A stretch of DNA of 63,657 nucleotides, counting the filler, from Choristocarpus tenellus KU-1152 (taxonomy: Eukaryota; Protista; Phaeophyceae), in NCBI GenBank assembly GCA_964200185.2. It is 13 parts of 13 records of this genome, joined end to end, with 100 filler letters (N's around TTAATTAATTAA, not from the genome) between each part and the next. Parts side by side here need not be neighbours in the genome. Positions count along the whole stretch, not along the records: positions 1 to 4,233 come from CAXNAD020015563.1; positions 4,334 to 10,148 come from CAXNAD020009686.1; positions 10,249 to 16,995 come from CAXNAD020007438.1; 10 more parts are not named here. One strand, 5' to 3'. Position numbers and translations under genes: made by a program. Below are positions 1 through 11,499 of this stretch, in pieces; position 1 is the stretch's first letter; each line of letters starts with the position of its first letter. The notes beneath the pieces are model-generated. The model worked only from the letters and a program-made list of their open reading frames with translations, ran no database searches and was not told where the DNA came from.

Positions 1-293
1 CCCCCCCCCCCCCCCCTCCCTCCCCCCAACTACAACTACTCTATATATAGCCTTGTGTCTGTAGGTATGTAGGTGGAGCGTGGAATAGACTGCAGTGAGG
101 AAGCAGGTTGGCAGGCCTATTTTAGACTTGAAGTCAGAGTTGGATTTAGGGGAGGGAAATTGATGTGTGATGTGTGAAATTGATGTGTGGGCGCTGTGAC
201 CTGAGAGAGGTTGGAGGCGATTCAGTGCGGGTAAAGATAATCCTTCCTCCTTTTTGAGTCAGGTAGAGTGAGGTAAGGGGCTAATGTGTGCAT

Positions 294-366
294 GTGTGTG
301 TGTGTGTTGTTGTGGTGTGTGTAGGTGAGAAGTACGTTGTGTTGTGTTGTGTTGTGTTGTGTTGTG
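294..366. repeat. (TG)n and (GTTGT)n microsatellites
   Basis: Directly visible tandem units; they create the HNTTQ repeats in spurious minus-strand ORFs. Confidence 0.9.
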
Positions 367-599
367 TTTCCCCTTGGTTGAGACAAGCAGTGCACTGATT
401 GTGACTCTCTTTGCAAGGGTGCGTTCTTGGTGATAGAGGCACATGAGACACGGACGGAGTCGTCAATGACATTTTCCCCATGGAATGCACTAGAATTAAA
501 TTGTAGTTGAGCAGCAAGCACCCGTAAATGCAGGTATATTGTGTATCTATTATATTGTGAAGAGTGGCATAAGATATAGTACACCTCCCCATCTCTCAG

Positions 600-990
600 G
601 ATAACCTGCCTAGAATAGAGTTTTTGTATGTACCTGTGACTGTAACTGGTGCTGCAAGAGGTCACATTCCGTTTCCGTCTTCGTAGTTTCGAAAAAAAGA
701 AATTGTAAGATCGTCACTCTGGAAAAGCTGAGCTAACTGCAGTTTCTACTGGTGGATGCGCCGTGTATCATGGGCAACAACATTCCATGTCCTATTTTAT
801 AGCCTCCTCAGAGTCGGTTCTTACTAGAATAGTTAATACTAGAATGTTCTCGCCATGGGGGCGTGTGTATAGATACACTGCAGTGGGGGAGTTTTTTGAG
901 GGGATACTCGACATGCGTACGCCGATACCGGTCAAAATGTCTGATAAAATCAACCAGAGGGGTTGTTGCTGTGCTCAATTTCTCTCTTAA
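600..990 (-). pseudogene. possible highly decayed non-LTR (LINE) reverse transcriptase fragment
   Basis: Minus strand reads LVDFIRHFD, resembling the LINE RT motif FxDFxKAFD. Downstream motifs are barely recognisable. Confidence 0.25.
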
Positions 991-2497
991 CGCTTCCTTG
1001 TGATAGTACTTGTGACACATTGGATGCGATCCAAAATGCTACTGCTGAAGACTATGTTGTGTCCGTCTCAACTGCTCACAAGCCCTCAAAGAATGTCTCA
1101 CAAACCCTAACCCTAACCCTTGCGAGACCTACGTACATGCTGACCACTTGCTGAAATTTGTATCTCAGACTTGATGTAGAGGTAGAGCGTAGCACACCTT
1201 GAGCTTGTTAGAGTGGGAGTTTTTTTTTATTTGAGGGGGGTAATCTAGCTCACTCCGCTGCTGCCTCAATACGCTATTTTAAGTCAGTAGTACTCATGTT
1301 TCAGTAGTACTCAATACACATTGCGTTACGAGTGCTTAGTGTAGGTAGGAGCTTTGGGATGTCCTCTCTCTTCTCTCCTCCCCCCTTCATGTTAGCATCT
1401 TAAGGTGTGTCATACCTACCTCTCTCAACGACGATGATGATGTCTGTTATCTGTTATCGTTACCACTAGTAACATGTTCTGTGTCTAACCATATCGTTTT
1501 GTGTACCACTAGTCCTTCAATGCTATCAGTGCCACTACTACCACTACTTCTTCCTGCAAATAAAATAAGACCGTTCACTCCCATTCCTCCCTGCACCCTA
1601 GGCCCCGACTACATGTCTCAAAAGACCAGGTGATTGCTTCCCCAACATGTGCGGTCTACTGGGGTAGGTGGGACAACACCTACAAGTGGGTAATTTGTGG
1701 TACCCTGGACATGATGTTTTAGGTATTTTGATAGGAGGAGGGAGGGAATCTGGGGCAAAATAGAACATGAGCTCTAGATCTCGGTATGGTGTTGCTGGAG
1801 ATACGCCAGAGCAATGGTGGGAGAAAGAGGGTGTTGAAAACCTCCAGCTGTTGCCTGTGGTTATAGGACACACAATTTTGAGGTTGACCGGATATGGTGA
1901 CTGAATTTGCTAGTGGATGCAAATTTTGATCCTCTCCAAGTTGCTGAGGGTTGTTTGTTTTCATCAATGACTACTACTGTGAGCTCTTTTATTTTTGCTA
2001 GATGTATTGGGTGAACCTTCTGGTTGTTACGGTGTACTGCTATGCAAATAGGCTGTGCCAGCGGTTGGTTGTGCATACCCTGTAGTGTGTGTTGGTTTGG
2101 GTTAAAAATATTCTTGGTTTTGTGTCAACACAGAGTGCTTCCAATGGTTTCCTCGATAAGAAGGATTGATTATATTTTGTAGGATGAGACGAGTTATGAA
2201 TAGTGTCGAATTTTTTTTCTCATTTCTGTGCATTGCTGTGGAGAAGTGTGAGCTACAGCAACAGCAAGAGATGAAGAAAGGAGAGGAAGGGAAAAGAAGT
2301 ATCATTTTAACGTGTTATCGTTGTGTTGAAAAAAAAATGTTTTGCGCTCTATACTTACATGCCTACCTGAATTGCCGGGCAGGGGAAAAGGGTCTTTTGT
2401 TGTTGTGTGAAATGTATTCTGTGAATCCTGTGTGCCATGCGTGGAAGTAAAAATAGAAGTGATGGAGTCAGCGGAACAGTGTGAAAGTGACGCAGAC

Positions 2498-2601
2498 CAT
2501 TGACGATATTTGGTACTGACTACATTGGCGATATTTGGTATTGACTACATTGACGATATTTGGTACTGACTACATTGACGATATTTGGTATTGACTACAT
2601 T
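2498..2601. repeat. 25-bp minisatellite, 4 copies
   Basis: Unit CATTGACGATATTTGGTA(C/T)TGACTA repeated head to tail with no spacers. Confidence 0.95.
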
Positions 2602-3998
2602 TTGTCAGTGCACCTTACAACGTCATACCAATCCGCTGGTCTACTAATATCTGGTTGGTGGATAAACCCCGATTGGTCCTCAAATCGAAATTCTTCTGAG
2701 ACCCATTTTTTGGCTCTTTTTGCTTTTCCCTGGCTGTCACTCTTAACTTTCTTCAATTTTGCGTAGAGGGCAAGCTATAGTTTGGGTACTGTAGCCTCCC
2801 TTTTAATGATACTGTAGGTGTTTTGTGTATGTGTATGTGTATGTGTATGTGTCATAACAGGAGGTCCTTGAGATGAGAAGATGAAGCACACAACATGTTC
2901 GATGCAACTCCTTTTGCACTGCTGCTGTAGAGGCAATGACTTTCTTGAAAACTGCTTCCACCTGATTCCCTATCCTTGGCTGTTCTCTGGCAAGCAACAG
3001 TAGTCATAGCGATGATTGCAATACTGATTATTAAAGCCCTTCGCTGGACGACTCACTGTTTTGGCAACTCCCTCATATATTTTTTTCTGTTATCCCGCGG
3101 AAATGGAATATTTCTACATCATGTACTTTGTCACGTACTCCTCACCCACCCAGTTGGTGGTTCTGACAAAACACCACCACCAACACTACTAGCCCTTGTT
3201 ATTCCGAATATGTATTACTGAATATTGCTTGTCCACGGAGAGCACAATATGTGTACTTACATATCGCTACTTATTATCAAGTGCTTCTATTTTCGTATCA
3301 ACAAAATGATGAACATTGAAAGAGGATAAGCTCATTCAAAGCATCTGCTTACGACTGAGAATTGCTAATTTTGGTACAAGTCTCGTGAAGGTTCGACAGG
3401 ACAATGTGATACTCATGTAAGTTTTGACCGGAAAAAATTGAACATAGATCATAAATGTTCTTGTAAAATATTTGTGTGTTTTTGCACTCAGGCACCGCAC
3501 CATGTTTGCGAGAGAAGACGTTGGACACCGAAACAAAAATAAAAATGGTTATGTATAGAAGTATTGCCCACCAAAGAACTGATCGACACTTTGTACCTTT
3601 ATCTATATCAAGTAACTGCACAGACAGAATGAATGAAGCATTACAAAAAAACCCCTATAGATATCCACCATTCCATGTCTTCTATTAGGGTGATAGGAAC
3701 TACTAGAACTAGTAGTTTTACCATCGCAAAACGGAGGTGAGCATTTTTAATCGCCCAAATAATTTACTAAAGATCGTTTTCTTGAGGTGGCATGGAGTAT
3801 TGTTTGCCGTTTTTGTGTGAGTGAAATTTGTCGAGACACACAACTGCAGGGATCGCACAAAAAACGACCTTGCTGGGTGACTGACTGATTGGTTGCCTGG
3901 GTTCTTGTTGCCCCCTATTTTGAGGAACACAACCTGTGCAATCTCTTCATTTGCCTATAATAATAATAATTTAGGGTTAGGGTTAATTTTACACCTAA

Positions 3999-4130
3999 TA
4001 ACAGCCGATCATCAAAATTGAGGATGAGCGAGACTCGAATTGGTGTGCGGAAAGTGCACATATATTTCTCTTTTTTAATGTTGCGGCACTTTTGGAAGGC
4101 CCCGCTACGAATGGGAATCCATCCCGACGA
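3999..4130 (+). mobile_element. end of DNA-transposon family MITE-3 (TAACAGCC terminus)
   Basis: TAACAGCCGATCATCAAAATTGAGGATG...GCGGAAAGT...TGTTGCGGCAC matches 63445-63657 and the TIR of 7210-7327. Confidence 0.6.
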
Positions 4131-4233
4131 AGGTGGTACCAGTAGTAGGACAGTGTGTGGGGGGCGGCAATGATTTCGTTTGATCGTCGGGTACATGTAT
4201 GCCCTGCGTTGACTTGCTTGCTTGAATAATTAG

Positions 4234-4333
4234 NNNNNNNNNNNNNNNNNNNNNNNNNNNNNNNNNNNNNNNNNNNNTTAATTAATTAANNNNNNNNNNN
4301 NNNNNNNNNNNNNNNNNNNNNNNNNNNNNNNNN
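4234..4333. other. artificial contig linker
   Basis: 44N-TTAATTAATTAA-44N. Identical linkers at 10149-10248, 16996-17095, 20751-20850, 23623-23722, 29046-29145, 33158-33257, 36196-36295, 39478-39577, 42294-42393, 49458-49557 and 57878-57977. Confidence 0.99.
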
Positions 4334-5248
4334 GGGGGTGTTGGTTTATTAGAGGGGGGGTGGGGGGGGGGGGGGGGGGGGGATTATCACAGTACAAGTA
4401 GAAGTGTGACTACCAAATGGGTCAGAGGTCCCACAACCATACACATATTTGTTGCAAGGTGTCAGTTCCCGCGAATCCTGACTGCGCTATACATTCCACT
4501 TTTCATGGCTTCAGATATGGCTGCTGAGGTCTCTGTGGAGGCTTTCACGTGTTGAACAAACCTTTGATTTAACTCATTTGCGGAGTATATAGATCAGTGC
4601 ATAGAACAAACATACGTACAGATATATGTAGGTCAATGTTGAAGGAGTGGTGAAGACGTCCATCTCATTTCTACCCTAGAATCTTGTACCACAATTGTTA
4701 TATTGAGAATAACTAAGTGAATGTGAATGTGAATGTTGAGGAGCGTCGTGCAGCTACCAAGTTATCGGTATGCTCTTGTTAGTTAACATGTGTACTTGAT
4801 TTGCAGATACAACTCGCCGTCTTTGTGAACGCATACAAGTTATTTGCAGGTAAGTGTCGAGAGGAGATAATTGTGTATTCCTGACCTGTCCCAACCTCAT
4901 CTTGTGAATTAACAGGAAACAGCAATTGTGTACTGATTAGATTGATGGAAAACAACAGTTATATAAAAATGTTTATCGTGCAGTACTTGAACACAAGTCT
5001 TATCTCACGGTATCCACAAGAACGCTTCCATGTGCAACCTTCAATATGAAAATACAGCGTCTATATATGGTTTAATGCGAAATCTCAAGATGAATTGCCA
5101 TCAATAATCTCTAAAAAATATATTTTCATTCTTACGCTATTCACCCGTATTTCCATGGATGAAGGTCTTCGTTCGGTTTGAGAACAGTTATTTCCTGGGC
5201 TCCGGGGCTGTCATCAAAAGAGTACAATACCATATCATGGGCGAGCCC

Positions 5249-6900
5249 ACACCTCTGCTCGGAATTAAATGTAACATCAATTTTGCAGCCCCAATGAAGG
5301 CGCAATTTGTTTGTTCACATGTTCATATTTTTATGGGTGTATTGTGCAGACACTAAAAGGTTGCCCACCAAAATCTCAAGCAAAATGGGGCAGCCTACAC
5401 CCAATTACGATTCCCGACCCTGAAGCCCTCCAAAACTCTATTCCAGCGCGTTATTTCGAATGCATCCACCGGGGCATTCGGGGAGAACTTGCCTGCCTTC
5501 TCAAGGTTTTCCTTGCTAAGGTCGGGAATTTTGAAGATGTTACCCTTGGACCCCAGCACTTCTCCATATCCATAGACTGTGAAGAGGCTCTGCCAGACAC
5601 ACCCTAGTATCTCCGTGAGGTGCGCATCAAACACATCCACTGTGGCCTCCAGCTCCTCTGTGGCCTCCAGCTCCTCTGTGTTGACTCTGTGTTGGTCACC
5701 CCTACATCTTCCTTTTGTTGCTGGATGAAAAGAAAGAATCCCAGGTCGTTGACGTTGAGGTCGGGTGAGTTGACTGGCTGGGTCTCTGTGGCAATGCCGT
5801 TTCCTGCCGCCTCCTTGATTGCCTCCATGACCCCCCCTTGGTGCGTGACTCTGCCCCATCCTACTGGTTGAAGATACTGTGTCCTTCCAGCCTAGACATG
5901 CAGGCCTTGATTGCTGAGATGAAATCATCAATCATGAGCTTCTCATACCTCTCCCCGTCCACTGTGGCTGTCACAAGCACCTTGGTGCCCTTGGGGTGTT
6001 GTTTGCTGGAGTGCTGAGCGACCTTAGTGTCCATGATTGGCCCGATCCCGATTTTCCCATCAAACCAAACCCCATTGGAGAGCTTCCTAGAGCGGGCCAC
6101 AGCTGCAAGGAACATCACCTTAATAATATAACGCAATGTTTGGGGGGGTCCTTAGTGGGGTGCAGGTACACACCTTGGCCATCTTTGGGCATGTAAAACC
6201 CCTTCTCATTCACATGCACCCAGTCATACAGATCGTCCACTAATATCCCTCTTCCTCCCCTCCTGTGCGTGTGGCTGATAACGAAACCCACCCTGTTGAC
6301 TTTTGTCGGTCTGAGAGGATTGGGTTAATCCACCGCTTCACCTTCACCTTCTCGCGTTTGCACAGATCCCACAACGAGGCAAGAGATACTCCAGCTTTGA
6401 CAACCCATCTGCGGGAGGATATCTTGTGTGCCGATAGGATATCCCAAACATTGAGGATACTTGTGCGGCGACCACATCACCCCTTGCGATAATGTACAGG
6501 CTCCATATATTCACCCCATGCGATCTGGCTTTCGTATTCCTTTAGATGACGGAATACGGTGATTCGGAAAATTCCTAAGTCCTCCGCAGTGACTGCTGTC
6601 GTTCCCCGAGGCATCCGAGTTTCAGGGTGACCAAGGGAGGGGCAAGCCTCTCGAACGACGGGATGCCTTTGTCCTCCTAGGCATCCCATCAAACACCCGC
6701 TTTGACAGTTTCAGGAGGTTTTCGAACCAAATGCGAGTTGGTCGACTTTGCACTGTTGATCCTCCACACTTATGACAGTCCACCATCTCAAGCTTTGCAC
6801 GCCTCCCAATCTGTATGAGAACTAAGCCTCGTTCAGACCTTTTATCATACAGATCATTCCCAAAACGTTATATTACATTTAATTCCGAACGGAGGAGGTA
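5249..6900 (-). mobile_element. Tc1/mariner DNA transposon, plant-mariner type, defective
   Basis: TIRs: CTCTGCTCGGAATTAAATGTAA (~5253-5274) and the reverse complement of TTACATTTAATTCCGAACGGAGGAGG-TA (6873-6900). Transposase motifs: WVHVNEKGFY (normally DEKWFY), IIKVMFLAAVAR, WFDGKIGI, Q*DGA, QPVNSPDLNVNDLGFF. Confidence 0.92.
5395..6480 (-). pseudogene. mariner-like transposase pseudogene
   Basis: Motifs are split across ORFs 5861-6136, 5604-5828 and 5395-5931 by stops and frameshifts. An 18-bp tandem duplication (EELEAT x2) lies at ~5640-5680. Confidence 0.88.
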
Positions 6901-7209
6901 GATTGGACGGATATGGTCTATGGTAGAGCGACTTTTGAAGAAGAAAAATCTCAAGTTGTATCGCCAACATACAGATACACAGAGTTGTTCAAATCCAAGA
7001 TTAAAAGATAGCCACCACCTCCTTTCCCCCATGCCACATGTCCAGTACCTCTCTGAGAGGTGTAGGGCAATCTATAGTAGAGAGATCCAATGAGTATGCG
7101 AACGTCCCTTCAAATGAAGTATACAATTTTTATGTCTCGTGGGGCTATATCAGCATTTTTCTTGACTGAAGAACTTCCCGAGACCCTTTACTCAAGTTAT
7201 AACCGAATA

Positions 7210-7327
7210 TAACAGCCGATTTCAAAAATTGAGGATGGAGCTTTTCATTGAGGATGGGCTTGACCCAAAATTGACTGGGATAAAGTGTTGATATTTTTTT
7301 TTTCTCAATTTTTGAAATCGGCTGTTA
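7210..7327. mobile_element. MITE-3, ~118 bp, TA-flanked
   Basis: Perfect TIR TAACAGCCGATTTCAAAAATTGAG / CTCAATTTTTGAAATCGGCTGTTA. A near-identical partial copy lies at 49267-49350. Confidence 0.9.
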
Positions 7328-8389
7328 TATGTGTGTGCAGTTGCTTTCTGTTTCTTTTATTTCAATGCACTACGATACGATACGATACGATATATTCCTG
7401 TTTCATTTGCGCGTGAGAGTGAAGTGAATGATGAGAAGAAGCTTAACCGACTGGAGGAATTCCGATGCACTCCTTGACTGCAATCAAAAACGCAGGTGAC
7501 AAATGTAGGCGCGCAAATCGCCGAGCCCCACGGGCATTGCACGACACTTTGCGCATTCACACGAATAATAACCTCTCTCTGAAAACCACTTCTTTTTTTT
7601 GTCCCACGCCTTTCTTTTTTATTCTTTTTTCATCAGCATGCCTACCTTAGTGAGCACGTCATAACACCAGAGCTCAAGACGACTCTTAGGGCAGTTATCC
7701 GAACCAATCGGGCCAAACATACCCGTCACAAGAATGTCAACAACCTGGACGTCATCCGTCAATGCACCAACATGTGGTGGAATCCCATCAACTCTAAGGA
7801 GCTTCAAGCAGAACTAGTCAGAACTGGAGTGGTCCCGTTGAAAAAGCAGAGTACTGCTACGGATGAGTACATACCATGCAGCTTGCACAACAACAGTGGA
7901 AGTGAAGGCATGGATGGGCTGCCCCGGGGCGCTACATAGCAATAGTTTGGGCAGGGTTCGGAGGCTGGGCCCTCTGGAGGAGAGGGGACGAAGGCTTCCA
8001 GTGCATTGTGGAGTTCAAGGAGGAGGGCAGTTCATGAAGGGGGGGGGGAGGAAGGGGCGTGAGGGCAGTCAAGGAGATCGATTGCCCGGAGGTTGAATTT
8101 GTGTTGGTTGGGATGATGTCATAATATGTTCTTCTATTGTGTCGGAAAGAAATCTCTTTTGTTTTGTGATTTTTTTTTGAGATGGTGAGAAGCATACACC
8201 TTTTTGGTGGAAATTGTCTTGTTCTTGGCAATGGGGTGAGGGTGATCTTGGTAGGCAGTATGAGAAGGGAGGATTGGGGTTACAGCCGTTTGTTGACTAG
8301 TTTTGAATTCTTCTACAACACAGTGCTTGAGTTCTGCTAAGATTTTGTGTGTGAGTGCCCCTAGCTGCTGCTGCTGCTGCTCATCCAGT

Positions 8390-8566
8390 GACTCAAAGTA
8401 TCTGGGGGGAGTGGCGGCTGGCTGCCATTTGGGGTCAATTTTTTCATGTCGCGATTTATGGGTGATTTGGTGGCATACGTCGGATGGATAGTATAAATGC
8501 ACTTTTCCAGATTTTGGACCAAATGAACACCCTGGCATAGACTCCCCCCTCCAGATACTTTGAGTT
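8390..8566 (+). mobile_element. MITE-1 (G-tract MITE), full copy
   Basis: TIR GACTCAAAGTATCTGG...CCAGATACTTTGAGT; body shared with at least 9 other copies or fragments in the window. Confidence 0.92.
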
Positions 8567-9299
8567 GGTGCTTGTTTCAAACAGGAAAGCAAATGGAGGG
8601 AGGGCAGCTGCTTGTGTAAAATATGCCTGACACAGCTAGCTGTGTGAGGTGGGGGAAAGGGGAGGGAGATGAGGAGGAGGAGAGATTTAAAATGCCCCTC
8701 CTTTCCCCCCACCCTGTATAGAACTTATTCCATGCTCATGTTCAGTTACTATCACTTGTTTCGAAATGATAAGGGTATGGTGGGTGCATTTTTGTTCTGG
8801 GAGGAACAGCATTGAAGATGTATTTTATATTTTATATTTTTTTCGGGAGCGATGTTCTTTAGTTCTGTCTGCCTGGCATGTTGGAGTTAGGCAGGGTTGG
8901 CAAATTTATGGTCAAACACGCACATGCACACAAAAACTCTCAACTACACTTTCACATGCACCATAGAGGAGTGGGGAGATTGTCACAGATTCATTTGAGG
9001 GGTTGGGGGGGGGGGAGAAGAGAGTTATTTTTGAAGACTGGTCGAGAAGAGTGAATGGTAGCTCTGTTGAAGTGGCCGAGGCTGTACCTTGCCACTGAGA
9101 CATACATGTCGCCCCCATAAACCTCACAAAGTCACCTTTATGTCACTGATAATGCTGTTTCTGCCACCCCAGTGCATGGTTTTGTGCCAGGAAGAGCATT
9201 AACAGATTAGCAAATGGATCTTGAGTTCTGACTTGATTTGGGCTAGCTCTGTTGTGTTTTGTCTGCTTTGATTAATTTAGTTATTGATTTGTTTGGTTT

Positions 9300-9720
9300 C
9301 ATTTTGGATGTTATCTGATCAAGCTATATGTCCGCCTGAGGATGTCAAGACACAAGTGTCTGGGGTACATCCTCCTGCATTTGAAGCAAAACTATTGCAG
9401 TCATTTTGGGTGAAGGGGAGCGGAAGGAACGTGCTTGCCTTGCTTGATTGGAGTGAGGTAGGGTGGGGTGGGTTGAGTTGAGGAGTATAAAATGTATGGC
9501 AGGGACTGCTAGGAAAATCCAGAGTGCGGTGGTTTCTTTGGTGCTCTCGAAGTTTCCTCCTGTCCTATGTGCTTCACACACTTGTATGATCTTGGGATGC
9601 TTGGTGCTTTTCATACAGTTAATGATAAATTGTAAGTACAGTAAGTGTACTGATAGACCCGTATTGAGGGCCTCATCATGTTGGGGAACAGTGCAGTGTG
9701 TGCGCAAAACTGTTTAGCTG
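9300..9720 (-). pseudogene. possible decayed tyrosine-recombinase N-terminal region (DIRS-like)
   Basis: Only weak motif resemblance (TKHPKI..., ALWIFLAV...FILL). Confidence 0.2.
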
Positions 9721-9951
9721 ATGGACCCAGCAGTTGTTGGACAAGAAAGAAGAGAAAAGAGTGTTGACTATGTACTATTTTGGGGGGCTATTTACAACAT
9801 TCGATTATGGTTGCGGTTGCATAGCACTTTCTCTTGCATTGTAGGTGTTACAGGTGCTGCATCTTTTCGCGGTTTTTCCTTCTCAGAACGGCTATGTAAA
9901 ATACAAGTAAGGTTGGGTTTAGTTTTGTACTCAAATCTTGACTGAAAGTTA

Positions 9952-10129
9952 GACCCAAAGTATCTGGGGGGGGTGGCGGCTGTCCATTTGGGGTCAATTT
10001 TTCACGTCGCGATTTTGGGTGATTTGGTTGCATACATCGGATGGATAATGTAAATGCAATTTTCCTTATTTTGGACCAAATGGACACCCTGGTGTAGACT
10101 CCCCCCCCCCCCTCCAGATACTTTGGGTC
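9952..10129 (+). mobile_element. MITE-1 full copy with TTA target-site duplication
   Basis: TTA|GACCCAAAGTATCTGG...CCAGATACTTTGGGTC|TTA. A 3-bp TWA TSD is typical of PIF/Harbinger. Confidence 0.95.
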
Positions 10130-10399
10130 TTAGATGTGGGCTGTTGCTNNNNNNNNNNNNNNNNNNNNNNNNNNNNNNNNNNNNNNNNNNNNTTAATTAA
10201 TTAANNNNNNNNNNNNNNNNNNNNNNNNNNNNNNNNNNNNNNNNNNNNATGGTTTCTGTAGATTGATAAAACGCACGAATAGGGGGGGGGGGGTACATGC
10301 GTTTTCCACCCAAGCTCTTGAGGGCATGCACAATGTACATCATGTCGACTGTTGAGCGTAGGGGCTGGAAGCCACACTGTTTCTCATGGAGTATGTTCT

Positions 10400-10657
10400 C
10401 CCGTTTCAGGTAGTCTCCCAGTCACCATGCAACAAACTCAAGAAATAATTTCCAGCATGTTCTACAAATGGGACCCCTCTGCAGTTGCCGCTGTCAGTTC
10501 GATCCTTGTGAAACATGGAGATGACCACATCCTTCCAGACCTGAAACATACCTTTCTGATCCCACAAAGTAGTCAACAAAATCTTAAGGATACCGTGAAG
10601 GATAGCCACATCCTCCTGTAGTCCAAGATTTAGCAGTTTTAACCGAAAGATTATCAA
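10400..10657 (-). mobile_element. RTE-clade LINE ORF2 fragment
   Basis: WDQKGMFQVWKDVVISMFHKDRTDSGNCRGVPFVEHAGNYFL matches the RTE pre-RT motif W..G.VPQ.WKDA.I..L.KKKDR..CGNYRGISL..HAGK. Confidence 0.8.
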
Positions 10658-10897
10658 GACTCACAGCCTTCCTATATCCCATTGCCCAAGTGTTTCAACC
10701 ACCTCCATTGTGATAGGTGTGTATCATTGGTCGAGTACTATTCATTACTACGAGGGAGATCAATTGATTTGGTGTTAAGGACCATCGTGAAGTATCTCCT
10801 CTACTGCCCTCCACTGTTAGGACTGTTCAATGATGATGATGGGTATAGTAGCTGACCACATCGATGTGCCAACGATTAAAGGTTGATTGGTAAAACA

Positions 10898-10977
10898 TGA
10901 TCGCGGTGGGGTTCGAACCCACGAGTTTTCACATTGCGGCCTAAACACAACCCCTTAGACCACTCGGGCACACGATC
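10898..10977 (-). tRNA. trnL-UAG: tRNA-Leu (anticodon UAG)
   Basis: Acceptor stem GATCGTG/CGCGATC, D arm CCC-GAGTGGTCTAA-GGG, anticodon arm TTGTG-TTTAGGC-CGCAA, long variable region, T arm GTGGG-TTCGAAC-CCCAC, discriminator A, TTTT just downstream. Confidence 0.9.
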
Positions 10978-11499
10978 GTATACAATCAATGTACTTAGTT
11001 CAATGTAAATTAGACCAAACCTAACTAAATAGAAAAACAAAACATGCAAGGTGGTTCAATTTCATTGTTGAATGTTAAATCATTCAAAGCCTGAAGTATT
11101 ACTTTCATGCAATGAACTATTCATCGCAATCAATATTGAAAAATGGCTAATAGTCACAAAATACAACGTAATAGTTAATCGAAACCAACCACCTCAAATT
11201 ATGGGTATGTCATTTCCAGTCAATGTAGACATTAATGCAGCAAGAACAGCTTTCAAGAAATCATGTAAATATTTTGTAAATTCAACCATTAATAAAGCAG
11301 CAAAATGCATCTGCCTCTTATGTAAACATGCGTACAGAAATTCTACGCAAGTTATATTTTCACAAATGACTAAGTGAATCAACAGGGGAACCACAAGATT
11401 CACTTGCCCTGGTGAATTATTGTTATATATATGAACTCTTCACATACGTCATCTGTTGACAGGTCGCACAAATACCACCCTGTATGTAACGCACAAGGT

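Noticed and set aside
2498-2601. CRISPR-like array
   Set aside because: Units are contiguous with no unique spacers, there are no cas genes, and the context is eukaryotic.
2878-2930. DEAHN helicase motif
   Set aside because: Flanked by stops within a few codons, with no other helicase motifs.
4278-4289. Recurrent TTAATTAATTAA as a biological motif
   Set aside because: It is always centred in 44N+44N, so it is an assembly linker.
7474-7476. In-frame TGA as selenocysteine in the contig-2 relic
   Set aside because: The same relic has many other stops and two TE insertions; CGA-to-TGA decay is the simpler explanation and I saw no SECIS.
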